From Dehalococcoidia bacterium (GTDB lineage Bacteria > Chloroflexota > Dehalococcoidia > Bin125): a stretch of 64,000 bases of DNA. Positions 56,037-64,000 of this stretch are shown here, one piece after another. Position 1 is the stretch's first letter. Each line of letters begins with the position of its first letter. Location: positions 2,832,015 through 2,896,014 of the forward strand of contig OZ241913.1 of the NCBI GenBank assembly GCA_965203775.1. Reading direction: 5' to 3'. The notes beneath the pieces are model-generated. The model was not told where the DNA came from. It did no database searches and saw only the letters and a program-made list of their open reading frames with translations. Made by a program: the position numbers and the translations under genes.

Positions 56037-57293
56037 TTACGCCAGCACGCCGGCGGCGGTGAGTTCCGCTACTTCTTCGGCGCTGTAACCGAGAATTTCG
56101 GTGGCGACGCGGTAGGTGTGCTCGCCGAACAGCGGCGCGGGCGCGGCCAGCTCGCCGGGCGTCTCGTGCAGCTTCACGATCGGGCCGTCGTACAGCGAGA
56201 CGCCCGTTTCGGGGTGGTCGAGATACTCGTAGTAGCCGCGCTGGCGCAGGTGGCGATCATGCTCGCAGACATCCTCGGCGTCCTGCACGACGCCCGCGGG
56301 GACGCCCGCCGCCTGCAACGTTTCCACCAGCTCGGCCGCGTCCCAGAGGGCGGTCCATTCGCCGATTTGTTCGTTCAGCTCGTCCTCATGCTCGCGGCGG
56401 CCGAGCAGCGTAGCGAAGCGCTCATCGGCAGCGAACGCCGCGTCCGCGGCTACGACGCAGAGCGTGTTCCACTCCGTATCGCTGCGCGCTGCGATCGCGG
56501 CCCAGCGCTCGCGCGTGGTCGAGCCGTCGGGATGCGGCGCGCCGCGATCAGCGTCGCGGCAGCGGTAGATCGCGTGCGGTGCCATCCACGACGAGCGGTT
56601 GCCCTTGCGCGTCTGATTGCGCCCGTTGGCCGTGTAATCGAGCAGCGCCGGGCCCATCGCCGCGGCGACCGACTCCAGCTGCGCCAGCTCGATCCGCTGT
56701 CCTTCGCCCGTGCGGCGGCGGTGGCGCAACGCCGCCAGGATCGCGATGACGGTATGGCCCGGATTGATCGCGTAATCCGGGTAGTTGGTGCCCACTCCGA
56801 CCGGCTTGCGCTGTGGGTCGCCGGACAGATGCGAGATGCCTGTTACAGGCGTAAGCACCGCGCCGAAACCGAGGAAATCGCGGTGCGGTCCGAACGTGCC
56901 CTGCATCGGCTGGTACGCCGCGATGATCGCCGGGTTCGCCTCGCGCAACTCTTCGTAGGTCAGCTCCCAACGCTCGATCACGCGCGGCGTGAGATTGGAC
57001 AGAAACACATCCGAGCGCTCGATCAGCCGCAGCGCCACCTCCCGCGCGCTCTCCGCGCCCATGTTGAGCAGCAGCGACGCCTTGCCCGCGTTGAAGTTAT
57101 TGAAGTAGGCGCAGACGTTATAGCCCGACATGCCCGGCTTCTGCGGCTGGCCGAGCCGCAGGCCGTCGACCCGCGCCTCGCTCTCGACGCGAATCACCTC
57201 CGCGCCGAAGTCGGCCAGCGTGCGCCCGGCGATCGGCCCCGCGCCGAACCAGGAGAAGTCCGCCACTCGGATACCGTCCAGCGGTTGTGTCAT
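56037..57293 (-). CDS. CaiB/BaiF family (family III) CoA-transferase
   Basis: GIRVADFSWFGAGPIAGRTLADFGAEVIRVE is the family-III CoA-transferase N-terminal motif. The conserved Asp region is present. Confidence 0.8.
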   Translation of the reverse strand: MTQPLDGIRVADFSWFGAGPIAGRTLADFGAEVIRVESEARVDGLRLGQPQKPGMSGYNVCAYFNNFNAGKASLLLNMGAESAREVALRLIERSDVFLSNLTPRVIERWELTYEELREANPAIIAAYQPMQGTFGPHRDFLGFGAVLTPVTGISHLSGDPQRKPVGVGTNYPDYAINPGHTVIAILAALRHRRRTGEGQRIELAQLESVAAAMGPALLDYTANGRNQTRKGNRSSWMAPHAIYRCRDADRGAPHPDGSTTRERWAAIAARSDTEWNTLCVVAADAAFAADERFATLLGRREHEDELNEQIGEWTALWDAAELVETLQAAGVPAGVVQDAEDVCEHDRHLRQRGYYEYLDHPETGVSLYDGPIVKLHETPGELAAPAPLFGEHTYRVATEILGYSAEEVAELTAAGVLA

Positions 57294-58567
57294 ATCGCGC
57301 CCTCCCCCGCGTAGACCGGCAGATCCTCGAACGGGATGCCGACCTCTTCGACCCAGATTTCGCGGTTATGCTCGCCGATGCGCGGCGCGCCGCGGCGAAT
57401 CTGCGCCGGCGTCTCCGACAGTCGATACGGCGCGCCGGGCATCCGCAGCTGCGCCGGCTCCGCGCCCGGACCGCGCGGCTGCTCAAGTTCGACCCACCAC
57501 TCGCGCGTGGCCAGATGATGGTTCTCGGCGATATCGGCGGGCGCCGCCACCATCCCGATCAAGAGCCGCCGCGCCTGGCCCTGCTCGTAGGCCTCCATCG
57601 ACGTCTTGCCGGCGTAGAACGCGGTCAGCACTTCCTGCGCGCGGTTGAGCGTCGGCGCGAGCGCGGCCAGCTTTTCGGGATCGCCGAGCGTGCGCATGTC
57701 GAAGGCGGCGAATGTCTCGGCGAATTGCGGCTCGGTCAGGTCTTCCGCCTGGCCCTCCTCGGCCATCCACGCGATCAGCGTGGGCCAGGGCGCGCCGAAG
57801 CCGGGGATGCCCACCGCGCTGTAGATGTAGCCGTCGCGCGTGCGATAGGTGCCGATGCCGGGCATGCGGTGCTGCTCGCCGATCCGCTCGCGCGACCAGC
57901 GCTGGAAATCCCAGCCCAGATGGGCCGTCTCCTGGCAGATCGAGAGCGCCTCCTGCAGCGAGGTTTCGACCATCTGCCCCTGCCCCGTCGCCTCGGCGTG
58001 GAGCAGCGCGAGCAGCGCGCCCTGCGCCGCCGAGATGCCCGCCACGATGTAGGCCTGGTTGCCCGCGATCCGCTGCGGCGGCCCGTCGGGGTAGCCCGCC
58101 AGCACCGCCACGCCCGAAACGGCCTGCGCGATGAGGTCGGTCACCTCCCAGCCCGCGTGCGGGCCGTCCAGCCCGAAGCCGGTGATCGAGGCCCAGACCA
58201 GCGCCGGGTTGCGCTCGCGCAGCGCCGCGATGTCCAGCCCCAACGCCTCGAGCTCGCCGGGGCGAAACGACTCGAGCACGATGTCGGCGGTGTCCGCGAG
58301 CAGCCCGAACAGATGCCGCCCGTCGTGCTGCGCGAGGTCGAGCGTGACCGAGCGCTTGTTGGCGTTGAAATACCAGAAGCGCAGCGAGGTCTCGCGCCCC
58401 GGCTGGTCGGCGTGAAAGGGCGGCAGCCCGCGCCCCGGATCGCCGCCCGGCTGCTCGACCTTGATCACGTCCGCGCCCAGGTCCGCGAGCAGCTTGCCGG
58501 CGTACCAGCCCAGCTCGGAGGTGAGGTCGAGCACCCGAACGCCGTCCAGCGCAGCAGTCATACCCAT
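57290..58567 (-). CDS. CaiB/BaiF family (family III) CoA-transferase, second subunit/paralog
   Basis: GVRVLDLTSELGWYAGKLLADLGADVIKVE. Its stop overlaps the downstream paralog start by 4 bp. Confidence 0.8.
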   Translation of the reverse strand: MGMTAALDGVRVLDLTSELGWYAGKLLADLGADVIKVEQPGGDPGRGLPPFHADQPGRETSLRFWYFNANKRSVTLDLAQHDGRHLFGLLADTADIVLESFRPGELEALGLDIAALRERNPALVWASITGFGLDGPHAGWEVTDLIAQAVSGVAVLAGYPDGPPQRIAGNQAYIVAGISAAQGALLALLHAEATGQGQMVETSLQEALSICQETAHLGWDFQRWSRERIGEQHRMPGIGTYRTRDGYIYSAVGIPGFGAPWPTLIAWMAEEGQAEDLTEPQFAETFAAFDMRTLGDPEKLAALAPTLNRAQEVLTAFYAGKTSMEAYEQGQARRLLIGMVAAPADIAENHHLATREWWVELEQPRGPGAEPAQLRMPGAPYRLSETPAQIRRGAPRIGEHNREIWVEEVGIPFEDLPVYAGEGAI

Positions 58568-58594
58568 AGAGTAGAGCGTGCGGTGGCTAATCGC

Positions 58595-59317
58595 TCACGG
58601 TGGGGCGCGGATGAGCCGGCGAAGAGCGGCGATCTCCTGCTCGTCGAAGCTGAGTTGCCACTTGCGCTTGATTTGGATCCAGTGGACGGCGTACTGCTGC
58701 CAGACGTCGGCGCGCGCGGGGCGCCAGCCGGCGGGGTCGTAGGCCCATTTTTCGCGATTGGCGGCGGCGGGCAGGCGGAAGATGTTCTCCGCGTCGAGCG
58801 CGAACTCGACCTTGCGGCTCGGCTGCCAGTATGCGCCGCCGCTCTGGTGCGCCTCGGCGAGCGCCACGAGGTGGTCGCGCTGCCGCGCGCCGTCGTAGAG
58901 AGATTCCGGCGTCGGCGCGTAGAACGCCCAGGCGTACTCAGCCTCGTAGTAGCGCTCCAGCGGAAAGCTCTCCCAGTCGGAGCGCTCGTAGAACGGATGC
59001 GGCGCGTCCCAGAGTTCCGCCGTCGGCTGGATGCTGTTCAGATACGCGAGCGCCTCGGCGGCGTCCGCCGACTGCCGCTGCCAGCGCTCGCCGAGCCAGA
59101 TCCAGAAATCGCCGTCGTCCCCAACCGCAATCCAGGAGGCGTCTCCGCTGTCCTCAACGCAGCCCGTCAGCCGCCACTCGCCGCGCTCAAGCTCGACGCA
59201 GCCCGCGCCGCCCGCCGACGCCATCAAGACAGCCGCCAGCGCCGCAATCAGCGCCACCGCGCCGCCCAGCCCGAACCAGAGCCGATACCGGATCGCCCAA
59301 CGTGCAGTCATCCGCAT
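58595..59317 (-). CDS. hypothetical membrane-anchored/secreted protein (240 aa)
   Basis: N-terminal TM (LWFGLGGAVALIAALAAVLMASAGG), a Trp/Tyr-rich body, non-repetitive. Confidence 0.5.
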   Translation of the reverse strand: MRMTARWAIRYRLWFGLGGAVALIAALAAVLMASAGGAGCVELERGEWRLTGCVEDSGDASWIAVGDDGDFWIWLGERWQRQSADAAEALAYLNSIQPTAELWDAPHPFYERSDWESFPLERYYEAEYAWAFYAPTPESLYDGARQRDHLVALAEAHQSGGAYWQPSRKVEFALDAENIFRLPAAANREKWAYDPAGWRPARADVWQQYAVHWIQIKRKWQLSFDEQEIAALRRLIRAPP

Positions 59318-59469
59318 CTCCCATCGCCCGCCGACGGGAGCATCATAGCACGTTTGTACGCATTGTGGTCAAGCGTGTTTCGCCAGAACGGAGGCGCACG
59401 CCGCCCTCGCCGGCCGTCCACCTTATTCACGTGTCCCACACCTCTGTGGTTACGACGCGCGAACTGGCC

Positions 59470-59730
59470 TTAATCGAGCGGGGCGATCTTGCCCGGGAGC
59501 TGGTTGCGCGAGGCGCGCTCCCAGGCGGCGCGCAACTCTGCTTGCCGCTCGGACGCCCACTTGAGCACTTGCGCTTGAACGCGCGGCGGCAGCCGGCCGT
59601 GCAGCACTTCCGGATTTGCGATGCTGACCCGCGCTTCGGCCTCGGCGTAGCGCACATGAATATGCGGCGGCGCATGGTCGCCGCAGAGCATCGTGATCAC
59701 GATGCCGTTGAAGCGGCAGAGCTCAGGCAT
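59470..59730 (-). CDS. DUF4160 domain protein
   Basis: MPELCRFNGIVITMLCGDHAPPHIHVRYAEAEA matches the DUF4160 consensus (FxGIxIxMxxxDHxPPHxHVxY). Confidence 0.75.
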   Translation of the reverse strand: MPELCRFNGIVITMLCGDHAPPHIHVRYAEAEARVSIANPEVLHGRLPPRVQAQVLKWASERQAELRAAWERASRNQLPGKIAPLD

Positions 59731-60076
59731 CTACGACGGAAGCAGCCAGCTTCGGCCAGAGCTCCTCGACCGACTTGCCGGTCAGCTCGAGGTAGAGCGC
59801 GTCGGAGCAGAGCTGCGCGTCGTCGGACCAGGCGATGGCGTAGTCCTCGGTGATGCGGACCGACTCGAACACGCCCGGCTCAGCCCAGACCTGGAAGACG
59901 CCCTGGCCCACTCGGTCGGAGAGATCGACGAGGCCCGATGCGCCATCGTCGTATTGGAGCCAGATACGGAAGCCGTCGCGCGGTTCGACGCGGATTGGTC
60001 GGATGAACATTGGCCGTCTCCAGTGCCCAAGCATAGCGCGAACACTCGGGGGCGGGTAGTGACCGGAAAAATTCAT
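59723..60076 (-). CDS. DUF2442 domain protein (partner of the DUF4160 gene)
   Basis: IRVEPRDGFRIWLQYDDGASGLVDLSD...GVFQVW. Overlaps the DUF4160 gene by 8 bp. Confidence 0.75.
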   Translation of the reverse strand: MNFSGHYPPPSVRAMLGHWRRPMFIRPIRVEPRDGFRIWLQYDDGASGLVDLSDRVGQGVFQVWAEPGVFESVRITEDYAIAWSDDAQLCSDALYLELTGKSVEELWPKLAASVVDA

Positions 60077-60079
60077 CCC

Positions 60080-62345
60080 TCCCCCCTTTTAGGGGGGAGG
60101 TTAGGTGGGGGGTGGGATGTACCGATTGGGCGACGACCGCTGTTCTACGCCTCATTCGCTCTGCGCCCCACCACTTCCGTTATTCCCGCCCCTTTATCCG
60201 TCATTCCTGCGCTCTCTTCCGTCATTCCTGCGCAGGCAGGAACCTGCCGCGCGCACCCAGATATCGGCGGCATCGAACATCGCTTGGGCGGGCCGTCGGG
60301 CTGGTGCGCCGCATACCGACGCCGGAGGCCCCGCCGTTCCTGCCTGCGCAGGAATGACGGGGTGGTGGGGGGCGGGAATGACGGGTGGGGAGAGCGGGAA
60401 TGACGGGGGGGGGGAGGGCGGGAATGACGGGGTGGTGGTTCCTGCCTGCGCAGGAATGACGGAATTGAGCGCGGGCATGGCGGGGGACAAGAATGACGCA
60501 GGTGGAGGGAAGTGGTGTGGGGAGGGCGGGGGCGAGAGACGATCGCTGTGCGCGCTCGCAAGCTCCCACCCCCCACCTAACCTCCCCCCTAAAAGGGGGG
60601 AGGGATGAATTGTCTTGGGGTAGGTGTTTGGGTAGGTGCTTGGGGTAGGTGCTTGGGGTAGGTGCTTGGGGTAGGTGCTTGGGGTAGGTGCTTGGGGTAG
60701 GTGCTTGGGGTAGGTGCTTGGGGTAGGTGCTTGGGAAGATGTTTGGTGTGCGCGTATGTGCGCATGCGTCCGTGTCCGCGCGCGCCCTTTACCTGTCCCT
60801 TCTCCCTTCCCCAATTCATCCCTCCCCCCTTTTAGGGGGGAGGTTAGGTGGGGGGTGGGAGGTACCGAGCGTCTCCCTCACGCCTGTTAACGCCTCATCC
60901 GCTCTGCGCCCCGTCACTTCCGTCATTCCTGCGCCCTCCCCCGTCATTCCTGCGTAGGCAGGAACCTGCCGCGCGCGCACCCAGATATCGGCGGCATCGA
61001 ACATCGCTTGGGCGGGCCGTCGGGCTGGTGCGCCGCATACCGACGCCGGAGGCCCCGCCGTTCCTGCCTGCGCAGGAATGACGGGGTGGTGGGGGGCGGG
61101 AATGACGGGTGGGGAGAGCGGGAATGACGGGGGGGGGGAGGGCGGGAATGACGGGGTGGTGGTTCCTGCCTGCGCAGGAATGACGGAATTGAGCGCGGGC
61201 ATGGCGGGGGACAAGAATGACGCAGGTGGAGGGAAGTGGTGTGGGGAGGGCGGGGGCGAGAGACGATCGCTGTGCGCGCTCGCAAGCTCCCACCCCCCAC
61301 CTAACCTCCCCCCTAAAAGGGGGGAGGGATGAATTGTCTTGGGGTAGGTGTTTGGGTAGGTGCTTGGGGTAGGTGCTTGGGGTAGGTGCTTGGGGTAGGT
61401 GCTTGGGGTAGGTGCTTGGGGTAGGTGTTTTGGAAGATGTTTGGTGTGCGCGTATGTGCGCATGCGTCCGTGTCCGCGCGCGCCCTTTGCCTGCCCCTTC
61501 CCCCATTCCGGTCCCTCCCCCCTTTTAGGGGGGAGGTTAGGTGGGGGGTGGGAGGTACCGAACCACTACCAGCGACCGAGGGGCGCCTGCGCTTCATTCC
61601 GTCATTCCTGCGTAGGCAGGAACCTGCCGCGCGCGCACCCAGATATCGGCGGCGGCGAACATCGCTTGGGCGGGCCGTCGGGCTGGTGCGCCGCATACCG
61701 ACGCCGGAGGCCCAGCCGTTCCTGCCTGCGCAGGAATGACGGAGGGGGAGGGCAGGAATGACGGGGGGAGGGGGCGCGGGGATGGCGGGGCGGTGGTTCC
61801 TGCCTGCGCAGGAATGACGGAAGGGAGCGCAGGAATGACGGGTGGGGAGGGTGGGAATGACGGGGGGGGGAGTGGTGTGGGGAGGGCGGGGCGAGAGACG
61901 ATCGCTGTGCGCGCTCGCAAGCTCCCACCCCCCACCTAACCTCCCCCCTGGAAGGGGGGAGGGATGAATTTTCTTGGGGGAGGTGTTTTTGGGTAGGTGC
62001 TTGGGGAAGATGTTTGGTGTGCGCGTATGTGCGCATGCGTCCGTGTCCGCGCACGCCCTTTGCCTGTCCCTTCCCCCATTCGTCCCTCCCCCCTTTTAGG
62101 GGGGAGGTTAGGTGGGGGGTGGGATGTACCGAGCGAGCGCCGACCGCTGTTCTACACCCCGATCGCCTCCCCCGCCGTTCCTGCCTGCGCAGGAATGACG
62201 GATGGAGGGCGGGAATGACGGGGGGAGGGGGCGCGGGGATGGCGGAGGGGAGTGGGTGCGAGAGACGATCGCTGTGCGCGCTCGCAAGCTCCCACCCCCC
62301 ACCTAACCTCCCCCCTAAAAGGGGGGAGGGATGAATTGGGGAGGG
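60080..62345. repeat. 2.3-kb repeat island / macrosatellite: ~720-bp unit in ~3 tandem copies, each with a family-B hairpin, a MITE-2 and a 13-bp G-rich minisatellite
   Basis: 60080-60830 is near-identical to 60830-61555. 61555-62340 is a diverged third copy. 13-mer arrays (GGGGTAGGTGCTT)x9 at ~60614-60735 and x8 at ~61334-61436. Confidence 0.85.
60219..60360. mobile_element. MITE-2 copy a (family-A TIRs, ~95-nt internal region distinct from MITE-1)
   Basis: ccgtcattcctgcgcaggcaggaac + ctgccgcgcgcacccagatatcggcggcatcgaacatcgcttgggcgggccgtcgggctggtgcgccgcataccgacgccggaggccccgcc + gttcctgcctgcgcaggaatgacgg. More copies at 60941..61084 and 61599..61742. Confidence 0.7.
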
Positions 62346-62369
62346 GGGGAGTGGGGTGGAGGGCGACCC

Positions 62370-64000
62370 CTACTCCCCGTTGCCTAGCCAGAGGACGGCG
62401 CCTAGCTCGATTAGGTAGTCCGTCGAGCCGGGGATTACGCGGCCGTCTTCGGTTTGGCCGTAGCGCAGCCAGATCTCGTTGGTGCCCTCCCAGAGCAGCA
62501 GGGCGCTCACGCCGTCGAGCGCCGGTAGCAGCGTCGAGGCCAGCACGCGGGTGCGCGCCAGCCAGGTGCTGAAATCGTTCGGCGTTGCGCTGCTCAGCGA
62601 CTCGGCCAGCGACGCTCGCGGCGCCGTCGCGGCGCTGACCCGCAGCAACTCCGCGTCGGCCACCGTGCCCGACTCGGCCATCACGTAGGCGCTGCCCGGC
62701 GCGACGACCAGGAAGTTCGCGCTCGCCTCGCCGCCCCTGGTCACGCGCTGCGCGTCCAGACGCACCAGCACCGTCGTCGCGCCCACCGGGCGATCCTGCC
62801 ACGTCACCGCCGTGCCGTCCGGCACCGCGTTGCCGTCCTCGTCGGTCACCATCACCGTCAGCCGCACCTGGCTGTTCAGCTGCGGCGCGCTCTCCGGCGG
62901 CGAGAGGTCAATCGAGGCCGGGCCGCCGCTGATGCGGAACGTCTGCGTCGTGCGCAGCGTCCCCGCGCGCAGCTCGAGCGTGTACTCGCCCGCCGCCAGC
63001 TTGGCCGTCTCCTCGACGTTCACGTCCAGCCGCGCCTGCGGCGCCCCGTTTCGGGTGACCAGCGGGTCAGTCGACGTCACCTCATCGCCGTCGTCGTCGC
63101 CGTCGCGGCGCAGCGGCCAGTCGACCGCGATCTTGTCCGTGCCCACGGCTCGACCGTCCGGCCCGGTGATGCGCGCCAGCCCGAAGCTGCTCGGCACCGC
63201 GGTCGGGTTGCCCCCGCGGTCCTCAGCCGTCACCGCCAGCGTGAGCACGTCGCGGTTGTCGATCGAGATGCAGCCCTCGTCGCTGGCCGAGTCGCACGTG
63301 TTGAAATTGAGCAGGCTGACGCTCGGCTTGGCGATCGCCAGCTCCGTCGCCATCCCCGCGAACGTCACCGTGAGCGGCTCCGGCGCGTAGCTCTCGCCGT
63401 CGCTCGCCAGCACATTGACCCGCACCGTCGCCGTGCCCGTCTGGTCCCCGCCCGGATGCGTCAGCGTCAGCCGGATCTTGTCCGCGTTGCCCGCGTTCAG
63501 CGCCGTGGCCGGCGTATTGATCTGGCAGGTCAGGCTGCCCGTCGTGCGGCACGCCCCGGCGCTGCCCGCCAGCGAGGCGCTCAACCGACCCTGCGTCGTC
63601 GTGAACAGCACCGACGAAATTGTGCCACGCGCCGACGCCCCGCCGTTCTCGTTGAGGATCTTCAGCAGCATCCGCGTGCTGGTCACGCCCGTGCGCGCCA
63701 CGCTCGACGGATACGACGAGCCGTCCGCCTGCGTGTCGAAGCCGAACTCCACGTTCGTCACCTCGTCGACCGCGCCGATCCGCACCTGCAGCTGGTCGGT
63801 CACCGTCTGCCCGTCCACCGTCACGTTGCCCGAAATCGTGAACGTGCCGTCGGGCGCGCCCGGCGGAATCTCGATCACCGCGTTGCCCAGCGCCAGCTCG
63901 CAGGCGACCGTGTCGTCGCCGTTGAACGCCACGCCGTCGACCGGGTCGAAGCGGCAGGGGCCGCCGTTGTCCGGGTCGCCCGGCAGCAGATTGAGGTCCT
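62370..64000 (-). CDS. giant secreted Ig-like (Big-domain) protein, C-terminal ~540 aa; the gene continues beyond the window end
   Basis: Frame open to the window edge. Big-like repeats (LTVTFAGMATELAIAKPSVSLLNF..., RLTVMVTDEDGNAVPDGTAVTWQ). The C-terminal domain ...FSTWLARTRVLASTLL...LLLWEGTNEIWLRYGQTEDGRVIPGSTDYLIELGAVLWLGNGE is shared with the other two giant proteins. Confidence 0.7.
   Translation of the reverse strand, partial: DLNLLPGDPDNGGPCRFDPVDGVAFNGDDTVACELALGNAVIEIPPGAPDGTFTISGNVTVDGQTVTDQLQVRIGAVDEVTNVEFGFDTQADGSSYPSSVARTGVTSTRMLLKILNENGGASARGTISSVLFTTTQGRLSASLAGSAGACRTTGSLTCQINTPATALNAGNADKIRLTLTHPGGDQTGTATVRVNVLASDGESYAPEPLTVTFAGMATELAIAKPSVSLLNFNTCDSASDEGCISIDNRDVLTLAVTAEDRGGNPTAVPSSFGLARITGPDGRAVGTDKIAVDWPLRRDGDDDGDEVTSTDPLVTRNGAPQARLDVNVEETAKLAAGEYTLELRAGTLRTTQTFRISGGPASIDLSPPESAPQLNSQVRLTVMVTDEDGNAVPDGTAVTWQDRPVGATTVLVRLDAQRVTRGGEASANFLVVAPGSAYVMAESGTVADAELLRVSAATAPRASLAESLSSATPNDFSTWLARTRVLASTLLPALDGVSALLLWEGTNEIWLRYGQTEDGRVIPGSTDYLIELGAVLWLGNGE

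Noticed and set aside
62370-63932. Tracker start (M at 63932) for the third giant protein
   Set aside because: The frame stays open to the window edge and the Big-domain repeats continue. The gene almost certainly begins beyond coordinate 64000.

Overview
This is a 64-kb window from a very high-GC (~70%) bacterial chromosome. The organism is unidentified; the acuI, acs-like, carboxyltransferase and paired family-III CoA-transferase genes loosely recall Chloroflexota 3-hydroxypropionate-type metabolism, but that is inference only. There are about 45 credible genes. Housekeeping genes are gatB, secG-fmt-rlmN, rplY and htpX. Metabolic genes are an LLM flavin oxidoreductase, acuI/yhdH-like acrylyl-CoA reductase, an aldo/keto reductase, an HpaB-family monooxygenase, an AMP-forming acyl-CoA synthetase, an acyl-CoA carboxyltransferase and two adjacent CaiB/BaiF CoA-transferases. 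Transport genes are an MFS transporter, a Liv-type binding protein and a MacB/FtsX-like ABC pair. The accessory content is larger than usual. (1) A restriction-modification locus: gatB is flanked on one side by a ~1030-aa gamma-class N6-adenine methyltransferase-domain protein and, 8 bp downstream, by a complete MmeI-family type IIL enzyme whose 3' third, together with the next gene, forms a ~2.4-kb low-GC patch. (2) Three paralogous giant secreted Ig-like proteins share a ~65-aa C-terminal domain I do not recognise. (3) Four translationally coupled paralogous ~170-aa genes in tandem, plus a fifth copy 5 kb away, carry a conserved R-x6-H (HEPN-like) motif. (4) Three near-identical Uma2-family endonuclease genes sit in tandem. 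(5) There are DUF4160/DUF2442 toxin-antitoxin-like modules. (6) About 10 kb (15%) of the window is intergenic repeat islands. These are built from two short palindromic families: family A, a 25-bp TIR-like unit GGTTCCTGCCTGCGCAGGAATGACGG, and family B, a ~52-bp unit with a 10-bp GC hairpin. They also contain ~140-bp MITEs bounded by family-A TIRs, two ~100-nt structured elements inserted into the family-B hairpin loop with 7-bp target duplications, and a ~720-bp macrosatellite with G-rich 13-mer arrays. No rRNA, tRNA or CRISPR array was found. Many six-frame ORFs in the track are artefacts of the repeats (SFLRRQE / VIPAQAGT / HSCAGRN peptides) or Arg-rich antisense frames of real genes. Coordinates I derived by hand from the printed sequence may be off by +/-1-2 bp.
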